Below are positions 27,151 to 37,220 of a stretch of 64,000 bases of DNA, in pieces. The stretch covers positions 682,001 to 746,000 of the forward strand of contig OZ251229.1 of NCBI GenBank assembly GCA_965240325.2. The letters run 5' to 3'. Made by a program: the position numbers and the translations under genes. The stretch is from Rebecca billardiae RCC1528 (lineage: Eukaryota; Protista; Haptophyta). A model generated the notes under the pieces. That model was not told the origin of the DNA, made no database searches, and was given only the letters and a program-made list of their open reading frames with translations. The stretch's first letter is position 1. Each line of letters starts with the position of its first letter.

Positions 27151-27319
27151 CCCGCCGAGCCTTCGGTGCCACCACCCCGCCGAGCCTTCGGTGCCACCAC
27201 CCCACCGCCATTCCCAATCCCGCCGCCCCACCCCAACCCCCGCCGCCGCCGCCACGCCGCCACCGCGTTTATTTCGGTGCAATATAAAATCTTACGCACA
27301 TGTATAATACTGACCTATC

Positions 27320-27970
27320 ATGCCCTGGCGTGTGACCTGCGAAGCACGCACCGGAGCGCCCGGCTTTGCCGATGACGAGGAATACGAGTCACGCTGGTTC
27401 GTGGACCTCACGGACGCACTCCGCCACTTGATCCATTTCAGCCCCTCGGAGCGCTGGCACTGCGTCCGCCACGCCACGGTACGCTTTGAGTACTCGGGCG
27501 GTCGGGCATGCAAATATAGTGACGGACTCATTTTCTACGGCAACAGCCTCAGGGACCTCGGCGTGAGCGAGCGCACCTTTGACGACGCGTTCGAGCAGGC
27601 GCTCGGCATCAAGCCGGTCACGCTGGAGCGGAAGAACAACGTGTTTGTCCCCATCGACACGAACGCTTCCTCCGGCCGTCATCGCCTCACGCAAGAGACG
27701 ATCAAGCAAAAGTCGAGGCGCTTGCTTCCTCCGGAGGAAGAATTGGAGGCGCACAGAGAGGAGAACATCGAGTGCTCCGAATGCAACCGCGAGGTGCCAT
27801 TCGAGCTCTTCGCCTTCCGCCGCCGCCGAGGCGGCAGCGTGACGCGCACGATGAACTGTTACGAGTGCCACCTCGAGCAGGTGCGCATCCGCCGGGCGCG
27901 CTTCGTGAGCAAGGGCGCATCCTCGGTGGAGCGCGACGCGCAAATAAAGTCGGCGGCGCGCGCCGCCTAG
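27320..27970 (+). CDS. Viral hypothetical protein with a C-terminal C4 zinc-finger-like motif
   Basis: 216-aa ORF after an AT-rich spacer; CSEC...F...CYEC. Confidence 0.7.
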   Translation: MPWRVTCEARTGAPGFADDEEYESRWFVDLTDALRHLIHFSPSERWHCVRHATVRFEYSGGRACKYSDGLIFYGNSLRDLGVSERTFDDAFEQALGIKPVTLERKNNVFVPIDTNASSGRHRLTQETIKQKSRRLLPPEEELEAHREENIECSECNREVPFELFAFRRRRGGSVTRTMNCYECHLEQVRIRRARFVSKGASSVERDAQIKSAARAA

Positions 27971-28033
27971 GGAAAAATCGGCGATTCGCGCCGCCTAGGG
28001 AAAAATCGGCGATCCGCACAACCTAGGGAAAAA
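27959..28033 (+). repeat. 28-bp-period tandem repeat upstream of pPolB
   Basis: cctagggaaaaa at 27966, 27994 and 28022. Confidence 0.85.
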
Positions 28034-28104
28034 CGTACGCGCGTTATTCTGGCGCCAAATAAAAATGTCAACCACCATCATAACACAAAATCCTCGCTTG
28101 TAGT

Positions 28105-31100
28105 ATGATGAACGTTGATGAGCTCATCCGAAATGCCCGCGCGCGCCTCAACGAGCGCACCCCTCGCATCGAAATTCCGATCACGAGTCGCCTAGGCGCT
28201 ACCGCAGCAGCTCGCACGAACTCCATCGCGAGAGCATTCCAGTCTCCGCCGGGCACCCCCAGCTCGACGCCAGCCACCGGCCTCCGCTCCACCAGCCGCT
28301 CGCTCAGCCAATACACGCAGGAGCAGCTCGCGCGCATCCGCCAGTTCCAAGACGCATTCGAGGGCTTCGGCATGAGTGCCCCGCAAGTCCTCGCCGGCAT
28401 GCTCTACCAAGATCAGTGGAGCGGTAAGCGGCGCAAGATCCCCTCCAACGACAGGCAGCTCGACGCCCTCGCCGAGCGCGTCGCCAGCAAGATTTCCGGC
28501 CCCGCGCCCCGCCGCCGCCGCACGCCCGCCCGCCGCGCGCCCGACCGCGACCGCGCTGCGAGCCTCCTCCAGCGCTTCACTCGCTCCCAGCTCGCAAACC
28601 GCCTGACTGACGCCCAGCGCACGCGGCTGGAAGTCGATCGGAACCTTGCCATGCTCTCCACGAGCATGCAGGATCGGTATTTCGAGTTTATCGACCGCAA
28701 GCGCTTTATCATGCCGCTCAAGTGGATTCTGCACGAGAATCTTGGGCTGCTCCTGGAGCAGCAGCTGAACTACACGCCGAGCCAGCACCACCTCGGAGCG
28801 ATTCTCCAGACGATTAATGCGACTATTGACGCCCGCCTGCAGGAGATACCGTACAGCCGGCTCTCGATGCACATTCGACTCGAATCGATATTCGCGCACG
28901 CCAAGGTGACGATTAGCAAGACAAACAAGAACGGAAAGGCCGTCGAGACGTCCGAGTTCACCTGGGAGGCGGACCCCTTCGCGGTGACCATGCGTGAGGT
29001 CGCTGAGCTCAAGACCCGCGAGGAGATTAGGCTCCACGCGCGCGCCTTCAAGAACCAGAACGACCAGTACAATCCGACCGCCTTGAACAAGGGCTTCTAC
29101 GAGTTTGGCGTGGTCACCGCGGGCGCGAAGGAGCTCGACAACTCGACGGCGCGCCTGGTCATCGACAAGGGCAACCCCGAGGACGTGCAGCAGGTCAAGA
29201 CCAAGGTCGCGGAGATACTCGCGCTCGTCACCTCCACGAGCAACCCGCAGTACAGCGCGCGGCGATTTGTGGGCCTCCTCAGCTTTGACGTGGACACCTA
29301 CCCGATCAATGCCGTCCGGCAGCAGGGCTCGTCCTACGTCAAGCTCCCGAAGAAATTTGGCGGCGGAAGCAAGGGCCTGATCAATCCCGAGAACAAGACC
29401 GACAACAAGTGCTTCCTGTGGGCGTCGCTCATGCACTTTGCGAACGCAGATGGCGCCAAGAAGCAGGAGCGCACCAGCACGCTCAAGCGCTACGAGTCGA
29501 TGATCACCTGGCCGGAGGAGGTCAAGTTTCCATTCGACTGCACCGACATCCCGCGCCTCGAGGAGGCCAACCCCACCCTCACCTGGAACGTCTTCTCGCT
29601 CGAGCAAGTCAAGCGCTCCTCGGAGGACCATCACGAGCACCCCGAAGACACGGATGAGTTCAAGTACCCCATCGTACCGATTCACACGACCACGCCGGAG
29701 AAGTACCGCGAGCGCACGCTCATCAACATCCTCGCGTATGAGGACCACTACGTCTTCGTCAAGGACCTGGACAAGCTCCTCAGCGAGCGTGCTCACAACT
29801 GCGCGCACTGCCCCATCTGCACGCGCCGCTTCAGGACCAAGGCAATCCGCGATCAGCAGACCGCGCAGTGCAACGCCAACTGGCGCCACCTGTTTCAGCC
29901 GTGGACGCTCGACGAGATTAAGAGCCAGGCGAGGACGCCTCAGGAGCTCAAGCGCACCGAGACGGACATCACCTACTCGCAGGACACCTCCATCGTGTGG
30001 AAGCCGGTGGTGGCGGTGGCCGACTTTGAGGCGGTCAACACGCAAGTCAACGGGGAGACGCATCAGAAGGCGCAGTCGGTGAGCCTCAAGTTTGACTTCC
30101 AGGACGGCATGGACGCCCCTGACATGGATTGCAGCTTCATGGGTCCGGATGCGGGTGTGCGGTTTTTGCATGCGCTGCTCGACGCCACCCCCAAGATCCG
30201 CGACGCGTGCTCGCGCTACAAGGACGATTTTTCAAAGGTCACCGCGGCCGACCGCGAGCACTTTGAGGCGAGCGAGACGTGCCACTTTTGCGGCGAGGCT
30301 GCCTTCGCCTCGAGCGCGGAGATTGCTCGCGCCGAAGCGGAGTACGAGCTCAAGTCGAAACTCGCGCCGGAGGAAAAGGACGAGTTGAAGCGCGCGCTCG
30401 AGGAGGTCCGAGCCAAGCGCAAGGTGCTCGACCACTGCCACTGCACGGGCCTCTACCGCGGCGCGGCACACTCGCGGTGCAACCTCAAGCACGACACGCC
30501 GAGCCTCATCAGCAGCATACCGGTGTACTTTCATAACATGTCCTACGACTCGCAGCTCATCATGCAGGCGCTCTCCGACGTGAGCGTTCAGGCGCGCATC
30601 AAGGAGCACAAGGTCCGCATGAACGCCATGGTGATCAATTCCGAGCGCTTCAAGACGCTCGAGATCGGGGCCTTCCGAATCCTCGACTCGATGACGTTCC
30701 TGGGTGGAAGCTTGGCGGAATCTCTGAAGAATCTACCCTCAGAGGACAAGCACTCGCTCCGCCGGGCGGCCAACGAGCACGCCGAGCGCTTCGGCAAGGA
30801 CCCGGATGCGGTCTTCGAGGCTTTCAAGCACAAGCAAGTGTTCCCGTACGAGTTCGATTGGCACCAGCACCTCGACGAGCCCATCAGCGCAGACCCGAAG
30901 TTCTTCGGCTCCAAGCTGAGCGAAGGCTACGGCAAAACCGACGAGGAGCTGGAAGAGCGCCTGGAGGCCGAGCAAAAGGAGCTCGAGGAGAGCCTGCCCG
31001 AGCGCATGAGCCGCCTGCAGGAGGCAACCGGCATCGTCACGTGGCGCGATCTCCACGATCTGTACCTCAGCATTGACGTCTGCGGGCTCCAAGATTGCAT

Positions 31101-32691
31101 GCGTGCCTTCCGCAAGACCTCGATGAACACGTACGGCCTCGACCCGGCGTACTGCATATCCAACTCGCAGTTCGCGTGGAAGGCCATGCTCAAGCTCACG
31201 GGCGTGAGCCTCGAGAGCATCCCCACGAGCGACCTGTACGAGCACGCCGAGTCCGGGCTCCGCGGAGGCATGTCGATGGCACGCAACCGCATCGCGCGCG
31301 CGAACCACCCGGATCTTCCCGAATATGATCCCGCCAAAGAATTCTCCGCGATCCACGACTTTGATGCCAACGCACTTTATGCCTCGGTGATGTCGTGGAA
31401 GCTGCCGACGGGTGGGTATAAGGATGTCGATCCGGAGCGCTTCGATGCCAACGATCCGCGCTACGGCGGGCTCCCGACGCGACCGAATCAGCCGTGCGAG
31501 GAGTGGCAGGGCGACGTGGGGGCGCTCGTGACGGTGGATATCGACTACCCTGACCGCTTGCACGACCTTCACAGCGACTACCCGCTGCTCCCCGAGGTGA
31601 TGGAGGTGCCCGATGAGATGCTCTCGCCTATGCAGCGGGGCAAGCGGGCCGTCAAGACCACCAAGCTGATTGCGCATCTTGGCTCCCGCAAGAACTACAC
31701 GCTCAACGTCACGATGCTCAAGTTTGCGCTGGCGCAGGGGCTCGAGCTCACCAAGGTGCATCGGGTCGTCGAGTTCGACCAAAGCCCGTGGCTGCGACCG
31801 TGGGTGGACCTCAACACGCGGCTGCGCAAGCAGGGCAAGAACGCCTTCGAGGAGGGGTATTTCAAGCTCATGGTGAATGCGTGCTTCGGCAAGACGATGG
31901 AGCGAATCTATCACCACACGCAAGCGCGATTCATTGATAACCGAGCGGCATTCACTCGAGCCATGACGAGCCACCGGGCGCTCACATACAAGCCTATCGC
32001 ACCCGAGTTTGCGCTCGTGACGATGAGCAAGCGCGAGTACGTGCGTGACAAGCCGATCTTCGTGGGCGCCTCGATCCTCGATTTTTCCAAATTGTGGATG
32101 TATACGTTCCTGTATAATGTGGTCTACCCCACCTTCGGTCCGAAGAACGCTCGATTGCTTGGGACGGACACCGACTCGCTGATTATGAATTTCCGGGCGC
32201 CCTCGCACGAGGCGTATTTGGAGAAAATGCTCAGCATCCGCGACGAATGGCTGGACATGAGCAAGTTTCCGGAGGGACACCCGCTCTTCACGGACGCCAA
32301 CCGCAAGACGCCGGGGTTTTTCAAGGACGAGCTCGGCGACAATCTGGCGGTGGCAGTGGCCTTTGTGCGGGCGAAGACCTACTCGATCAAGACGCTCAAG
32401 AGCCTCGAGGACGAGCTTGAGGATGTCCACCGAGCCAAGGGTGCCCCCTCCCGCTGCGTGCAAAATAGCCTCACGCACGACGACTACGAGACGACGATTT
32501 TGGAGAGTTCGAGCGTCAGTGCGCAGTACCACGATCTGCAATATAAAAATCACAACATTGTTTTCAGCCGGCGCGTGAAGAAGGTGCTCGATTGGGTCGA
32601 CGACAAGGGCTATCATCTCTCGGCCGAGCGCACGATTGCCCTCAATCACTGGCGCATCAGGGCCGGCGCCCTCGCGGCGGCGATGGACTAG
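28105..32691 (+). CDS. polB: Protein-primed family B DNA polymerase (Polinton/adintovirus type) with an N-terminal TP/OTU-like region and an inserted endonuclease-VII-like domain
   Basis: Exonuclease motifs ADFEA, FHNMSYDSQL, YLSIDV. Polymerase motifs DANALYASVM, KLMVNACFGK, GTDTDSL, GFFKDE, RAKTYS, RAKG. Endo VII motif CHFC...DHCHCTGLYRGAAHSRCN. N-terminal GSSYVKLP..INPEN..DNKCFLWA..HY. Confidence 0.96.
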   Translation: MMNVDELIRNARARLNERTPRIEIPITSRLGATAAARTNSIARAFQSPPGTPSSTPATGLRSTSRSLSQYTQEQLARIRQFQDAFEGFGMSAPQVLAGMLYQDQWSGKRRKIPSNDRQLDALAERVASKISGPAPRRRRTPARRAPDRDRAASLLQRFTRSQLANRLTDAQRTRLEVDRNLAMLSTSMQDRYFEFIDRKRFIMPLKWILHENLGLLLEQQLNYTPSQHHLGAILQTINATIDARLQEIPYSRLSMHIRLESIFAHAKVTISKTNKNGKAVETSEFTWEADPFAVTMREVAELKTREEIRLHARAFKNQNDQYNPTALNKGFYEFGVVTAGAKELDNSTARLVIDKGNPEDVQQVKTKVAEILALVTSTSNPQYSARRFVGLLSFDVDTYPINAVRQQGSSYVKLPKKFGGGSKGLINPENKTDNKCFLWASLMHFANADGAKKQERTSTLKRYESMITWPEEVKFPFDCTDIPRLEEANPTLTWNVFSLEQVKRSSEDHHEHPEDTDEFKYPIVPIHTTTPEKYRERTLINILAYEDHYVFVKDLDKLLSERAHNCAHCPICTRRFRTKAIRDQQTAQCNANWRHLFQPWTLDEIKSQARTPQELKRTETDITYSQDTSIVWKPVVAVADFEAVNTQVNGETHQKAQSVSLKFDFQDGMDAPDMDCSFMGPDAGVRFLHALLDATPKIRDACSRYKDDFSKVTAADREHFEASETCHFCGEAAFASSAEIARAEAEYELKSKLAPEEKDELKRALEEVRAKRKVLDHCHCTGLYRGAAHSRCNLKHDTPSLISSIPVYFHNMSYDSQLIMQALSDVSVQARIKEHKVRMNAMVINSERFKTLEIGAFRILDSMTFLGGSLAESLKNLPSEDKHSLRRAANEHAERFGKDPDAVFEAFKHKQVFPYEFDWHQHLDEPISADPKFFGSKLSEGYGKTDEELEERLEAEQKELEESLPERMSRLQEATGIVTWRDLHDLYLSIDVCGLQDCMRAFRKTSMNTYGLDPAYCISNSQFAWKAMLKLTGVSLESIPTSDLYEHAESGLRGGMSMARNRIARANHPDLPEYDPAKEFSAIHDFDANALYASVMSWKLPTGGYKDVDPERFDANDPRYGGLPTRPNQPCEEWQGDVGALVTVDIDYPDRLHDLHSDYPLLPEVMEVPDEMLSPMQRGKRAVKTTKLIAHLGSRKNYTLNVTMLKFALAQGLELTKVHRVVEFDQSPWLRPWVDLNTRLRKQGKNAFEEGYFKLMVNACFGKTMERIYHHTQARFIDNRAAFTRAMTSHRALTYKPIAPEFALVTMSKREYVRDKPIFVGASILDFSKLWMYTFLYNVVYPTFGPKNARLLGTDTDSLIMNFRAPSHEAYLEKMLSIRDEWLDMSKFPEGHPLFTDANRKTPGFFKDELGDNLAVAVAFVRAKTYSIKTLKSLEDELEDVHRAKGAPSRCVQNSLTHDDYETTILESSSVSAQYHDLQYKNHNIVFSRRVKKVLDWVDDKGYHLSAERTIALNHWRIRAGALAAAMD

Positions 32692-32737
32692 CGCGTTTTT
32701 CTCGGCTCAAATAATTTTCTCGCGCACTAGTATTAAA

Positions 32738-33253
32738 ATGGCCCCCTGCGATTTTGACGTTTCCGCTCGCCACGATTGTCGCTGTCGCGATTGCCGCGAT
32801 TGCCGCGATTACCGCGAGATGCGCACCGAGTTCGAGGCCCTCAAGGAGCGCGTGGTGGCTCTCGAGCGTGTCGTCGTCGCCAAGCCGCCCAAGCCGAGCG
32901 CGCGCCCCGAGTCGCTCACGGCGGCATCAATAACCGCCATCGAGAGTCACTTTGGCGGTATCGAAGTGGTCAACGCCAAGTTCTTCAACGAGCACTGCGT
33001 CGTGGGTAGGCTCAGCGAGCCCTTCGTGGAGGGCCCCACTGCGGGCATGGCACAATCGTTCAAAATTACCCGCAAAATTGTCGCTATCAGCGAGGCGTAC
33101 GGCGAGCCGGGTCGGGCGCCGATCTCTCAGTCGGCTACGCCCGCAAGCCTTCGGGACGTGTTGTGGCCGCGCTCGTGGTCACGTCAGCGAGGCGGAGCTT
33201 CGCCAAGCGCGCCAAGCGCGCCGATGTTTGCAGATTCTGATGGTGAGGACTGA
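32738..33253 (+). CDS. Viral hypothetical protein (Cys-rich N-terminus, short coiled coil)
   Basis: ATG in tattaaaATG context; CRCRDCRDCRD followed by EFEALKERVVALER. Confidence 0.65.
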   Translation: MAPCDFDVSARHDCRCRDCRDCRDYREMRTEFEALKERVVALERVVVAKPPKPSARPESLTAASITAIESHFGGIEVVNAKFFNEHCVVGRLSEPFVEGPTAGMAQSFKITRKIVAISEAYGEPGRAPISQSATPASLRDVLWPRSWSRQRGGASPSAPSAPMFADSDGED

Positions 33254-33348
33254 CTGGTCTGAGCACCACGCCATCACACAATTTGGAAGGATCAAAAACA
33301 CTCGAAGGTGCTCGCTCGGAGCGCTTCCGAGGCTTTGGCGGCATGATA

Positions 33349-33999
33349 CTATTTTGAGGGGTTCTTTTTGCGAGCGGACGACCGCACTGATGGCCGCAGT
33401 AGCCGGATACCCTCGCTGCGGATACCGGTGATAGGGCCCGTGAATCGCGCGGTGATGACCTGCGCACGGCGATTGGCGTTCGCACGCGTGGTCACGTTCG
33501 CGCCGGCGGGGATGACATTGTTTTGCTCGACGTCTGGGTCGCGCCCGCCTTGGCGTACGACCTTCCCAGCCTTGTCAAACACGTACCATTTTCCGTCGAC
33601 GGCCCGGCGCGCGCGCGCCAGTAACCGGGCGACGTTCTCTTCGAGCATTGCCGGATTTGAAATTTGGCGCCACTCTTTATCGAGCGGCGGCTTGACGAAT
33701 CCAAAACCGGGGTTTGTGAGCGCGAGCAGGCGCTTCTCGGCGGGGAAAACCAAATTCGACGACACGACTAAAAACCCGACTAGCCTGAACGAATTCCCGG
33801 GCTTGGCGTAGGGCATCATATGGCGATAGCCTTTAAAGGTTCGACTCACAATATTAGCGGTGAGCCCCATTTTGAACAAACGGTTAGAAGTGTCCCACCC
33901 AGGGGCGATCACATATAAGCCCGCCGCCGGCTTCCCTCCCGGGGCGCGCTTGAGCAAATTCGCGTTTTGCATGGCCTTTTGGAATTGCGATGATTTCAT
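33349..33999 (-). CDS. GIY-YIG superfamily (T5orf172/MUG113-like) protein with a basic tail
   Basis: GLYVI...FKMGLT...SR...AEKRL...KEW pattern. Confidence 0.65.
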   Translation of the reverse strand: MKSSQFQKAMQNANLLKRAPGGKPAAGLYVIAPGWDTSNRLFKMGLTANIVSRTFKGYRHMMPYAKPGNSFRLVGFLVVSSNLVFPAEKRLLALTNPGFGFVKPPLDKEWRQISNPAMLEENVARLLARARRAVDGKWYVFDKAGKVVRQGGRDPDVEQNNVIPAGANVTTRANANRRAQVITARFTGPITGIRSEGIRLLRPSVRSSARKKNPSK

Positions 34000-34008
34000 C
34001 TTGGCCTT

Positions 34009-34281
34009 TTAGCTAATTGTTACTCCGATTTTACTCGCATTCGTAGCGAGCGACTTGGAGTCTCCCCACAGCAAAATTCGGCTGTAATAGATGCCCGACT
34101 CAGGGTCGTCCCAGCCCTTATCGCGGCGATGGCGCGCAACCCACGCCGATTTCTTCTTCGGGTCGCCATGATCGATGTACGTCGAGCCGCCACGCGCGCC
34201 AAAGTGGAGCGTCCGACCACCCGGCGAAGTCAGCATGTATCGTTTGTCTTTGCGCGTAGACCGTTTTAGGCGGCGATTCAT
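34009..34281 (-). CDS. Tlr6F-like (DUF5754-like) small protein of PLVs, virophages and NCLDVs
   Basis: STRKDKRYM...LHFGARGGSTYIDHGD..KK..W.ARH...GIYYSRILLW. Confidence 0.8.
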   Translation of the reverse strand: MNRRLKRSTRKDKRYMLTSPGGRTLHFGARGGSTYIDHGDPKKKSAWVARHRRDKGWDDPESGIYYSRILLWGDSKSLATNASKIGVTIS

Positions 34282-34313
34282 ATCTCATGCCTTATTAAAG
34301 AGGTCCTTATTAA

Positions 34314-36464
34314 ATGTCGTCGATATTCGGTGACTCATCGAGCACCTCCGCAGCCATCGACGGATCTGTCCAGACGGGCGCTGGCGCTGCGGCGTGGTTC
34401 GGCGTCGTGCGCACCACCATGACCGGTGAAGGCAGCTTGTCGGCGACCTTTGATCCGGCATTGCCTGACGGTGAATTGACGCTGCGCTTGGCGGGCGATC
34501 GCGATGCCTTCAAGGTGACCAGCGCAACCCTGACGCAGGCGACCCTGAGCGTCACGTGGACCCGCCAATATCACGATGAAGTCAACCGCGGGTTCGATGA
34601 CGAAATCCACCCGTACTTTGATGTGCTCCTCGACGGTCAAGCAATCACGAGCTTTCCAATTAGCGGGCGGGGCGTGTACTCGCTCGACGGGACCGTCGTC
34701 AATGGTGTCGTGACGCAAAGCTATTTTCAAGAGCCGCTCGTGAATTTCCCGCTAAATGCTGATTTACTCGACACGGCCGACCGGGGGCTCTCGTTAGCTC
34801 TGGTCGGGACCACCGCGTTCGGTAATGAGGCCATCGAGGCCGCCGCCGATGGGGTGACGCTCACCGTGGACCACCCGGGCCACCACGACGGCAATTTGAC
34901 CGTGTGCTGTTATTTGAGGGGACCACCGGCGCTGGGCACTTCCTACGTGCGCCAGGGTAGCGCGATTGCCTTCGCCGAGTGCCGCCTCGAAGCCCCGACC
35001 GCAAATACGATGTGCGAGACATCGCTCGAATTCACGTCGGCCTCGAACCAGCTCAACGAGGACAATCGTGACCAGTGGAAATACGTTGCGCTCGTGCAAG
35101 ATGAGGCAAATGCCCAAATATTCGTCGATCACACATTGGGGCACACCCGCAGCTTGGTAGGCGAGAAGCGGCTTTCACTATTTTACCCCACTAAAATCGG
35201 TCTCGCCCAATACGGTGCCGCTGCGCACCTCGGAGTCTGGCCGCGCGCGCTGGACGCGTCGGAGCGGTTGGCCCACGCCGAGTCGTGGCGGGGTGTGGTG
35301 GTTCGACGCACGTGGCTGCTCGATGGGGATTTGCTCGAGGTCGATGGAGCCGCCGCCGCGCTGCAGCCCACGGCCGGCGATTATTTGATGACAAGTGGCT
35401 TTCTCGAGATGCAAAGTACTAGCACGCTGCACCTGGGCCTCAACGAGATGCCCGACATGCTCGGCGGCGACCGGTTCTCGCTGGCGGCATGGGTGTACCG
35501 CCCGAACGATCAAGATAGCGTGCGCATGTGGCTCCTCGAGGATGGCGTCACCGATTTCACGTTCGAAATAATTGCTGGCCAGCTGCGCTCGGAGCTCGGC
35601 GCGACAGCGTTCCAGGACTTGGCAGGACCGGCACACGGAGAGTGGCACCACGTTGCGCAAACGGTGGATGGCACAGTCTCCAAAATATATATAGATGGCG
35701 TGCTCGTGAGTACTGCTGCGCTGCCGGCCACTTTTACCCCGCTGCTCAGCATCATTGGGCACCGCTTTGCCACCATGCCCGCAGGCGTGCGCCTCTACGC
35801 GATGTCGATCGCGCGCGGTATCATCCACGTGCCGACGGTGATGAATCTGTACTCACCGATGCAAGCTCTAGCTCCATTTGCCAGCTGGCCGATGACGGCG
35901 AATTTGACCGACGATGTGGGTAGCTATGCCTTTACGGTATCGACTGGGACCGCAACGCACACCAATGGCTATGCAGATCTCAGTAGCGGTCTGGTGATGA
36001 CTGCACCGGTGCCGACGCAGACGATGACGACCTTTGGCTTCTCAGCGTGGGTCTTCGTGGATGATGTGTCGGGCAGCTTCAAGCTCGAATGGCGTAATGC
36101 AGGCTCGAAGGTCGTGCATTTCTACTTGTACAGGAATGGTGTGGGCAACACCGCATTCGGCTTCGATATTACAGGGCAGTCTGGAAACTTGTATGATCGC
36201 GTGGATGTGCTGCCGCTGAACACCTGGTACCATATTGCCTGGTCTTATACAGTCGGAGGGAATATGGAGGCCTGGCTGAACAAGGTGTCGCTCGGCGCGG
36301 AGGCCATGAGCGCCACCGCTGTGGGCGACGTCAACGAAATTTATGTGAGCACGCCCCCAAGTGGCGGGCCGTTCAAGTGCGCGGCCGTGCGCTTCTATGC
36401 TGACGGTGCGCTCACCCAGACCGACGTAGATAGCGACTATGACCTCTTCACACCGCCGCCATAG
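34314..36464 (+). CDS. Multi-LamG/concanavalin-A-like domain protein, putative virion fibre or receptor-binding protein
   Basis: Three repeats of the LamG pattern: LTVCCY..QWKYVALV..IFVD, FSLAAWV..GEWHHVAQTVDG..IYIDG, GFSAWV..NTWYHIAWSY..WLN. Confidence 0.78.
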   Translation: MSSIFGDSSSTSAAIDGSVQTGAGAAAWFGVVRTTMTGEGSLSATFDPALPDGELTLRLAGDRDAFKVTSATLTQATLSVTWTRQYHDEVNRGFDDEIHPYFDVLLDGQAITSFPISGRGVYSLDGTVVNGVVTQSYFQEPLVNFPLNADLLDTADRGLSLALVGTTAFGNEAIEAAADGVTLTVDHPGHHDGNLTVCCYLRGPPALGTSYVRQGSAIAFAECRLEAPTANTMCETSLEFTSASNQLNEDNRDQWKYVALVQDEANAQIFVDHTLGHTRSLVGEKRLSLFYPTKIGLAQYGAAAHLGVWPRALDASERLAHAESWRGVVVRRTWLLDGDLLEVDGAAAALQPTAGDYLMTSGFLEMQSTSTLHLGLNEMPDMLGGDRFSLAAWVYRPNDQDSVRMWLLEDGVTDFTFEIIAGQLRSELGATAFQDLAGPAHGEWHHVAQTVDGTVSKIYIDGVLVSTAALPATFTPLLSIIGHRFATMPAGVRLYAMSIARGIIHVPTVMNLYSPMQALAPFASWPMTANLTDDVGSYAFTVSTGTATHTNGYADLSSGLVMTAPVPTQTMTTFGFSAWVFVDDVSGSFKLEWRNAGSKVVHFYLYRNGVGNTAFGFDITGQSGNLYDRVDVLPLNTWYHIAWSYTVGGNMEAWLNKVSLGAEAMSATAVGDVNEIYVSTPPSGGPFKCAAVRFYADGALTQTDVDSDYDLFTPPP

Positions 36465-36505
36465 ACAGTCCCATAGAGCCAAAAATCCGTAGTACCGGTA
36501 CCATA

Positions 36506-37150
36506 ATGATGCGAGCCGTACCCACTGTATCGACCGCCGAAGGCAAAGCGCGCGTCGCGAAAGCGGCCTGGGACGCCGGCGCTACGCTCGCCCGAGATCG
36601 CAAGTTCCTCATCGAGGCAAGCTATATGAGCAAGGCGGCAGCCCGACCGCACCTAGCCAAGCGCGGGTACCGACTTGATGAGCGCCTGTCGGATGAAGCG
36701 GACAAAGTAGCCGTGCACATCGCGAGCGGTCGGCCCGTCGTACTTTTCCGAGGCTCGGCGTCATTCGCCGACTGGGCCGTGTCGGACGTCCTGATCGCGC
36801 TGGGATTGAGCGCCAAGGACCCACGCCACGCGCGCGCGCGCAAGCTGGTGGAGATCGTCAAGCGCAAATACGGCCAGCCCGCCGCTGCGGTGGGGCACTC
36901 TCTGGGTGGACACCTCGCGGAAGAAAGCGGCGCCTCGCAGATTCACACGTCACAAAAAGCGGCCGGTCTAAAAGATATCGGAAAGGCTTTGCCGAAAAGC
37001 CAATTCGATACCCGCTCGCCGGGTGATATAGTGAGTGCGCTGTCGGTTACGCAGCGCGGTGGGCGCCGGCAGACCCTCGGGCGTGCCAGCTTTGTGGACG
37101 CTCTACAGAGCCCAGCGTTGTTTGCCTTGAATCAGCACCGCGCTCGGTAA
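36506..37150 (+). CDS. Alpha/beta-hydrolase (lipase class 3-like)
   Basis: VLFRGS, nucleophile elbow GHSLGG, DIVS and a C-terminal His. Confidence 0.85.
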   Translation: MMRAVPTVSTAEGKARVAKAAWDAGATLARDRKFLIEASYMSKAAARPHLAKRGYRLDERLSDEADKVAVHIASGRPVVLFRGSASFADWAVSDVLIALGLSAKDPRHARARKLVEIVKRKYGQPAAAVGHSLGGHLAEESGASQIHTSQKAAGLKDIGKALPKSQFDTRSPGDIVSALSVTQRGGRRQTLGRASFVDALQSPALFALNQHRAR

Positions 37151-37220
37151 TCCGCGCTCGGTAATTCTTAGCGCTCGGTAATCCGCGCTCGGTAATTCGC
37201 GCTTGGTAATTCTTAGCGCA
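37141..37220. repeat. Short (g)ctcggtaat repeats between convergent viral genes
   Basis: Five copies (one reads cttggtaat) spanning both stop codons. Confidence 0.75.

Noticed and set aside
26015-27282. ORFs of RGSTWLDVA / SSHVEPRRAT repeats
   Set aside because: Translations of the 10-mer terminal arrays.
28192-32649. Long antisense ORFs (659 and 636 aa) and similar shadow ORFs over hom, the carrier and ALDH
   Set aside because: These are shadows of GC3-biased coding strands with no recognisable motifs.
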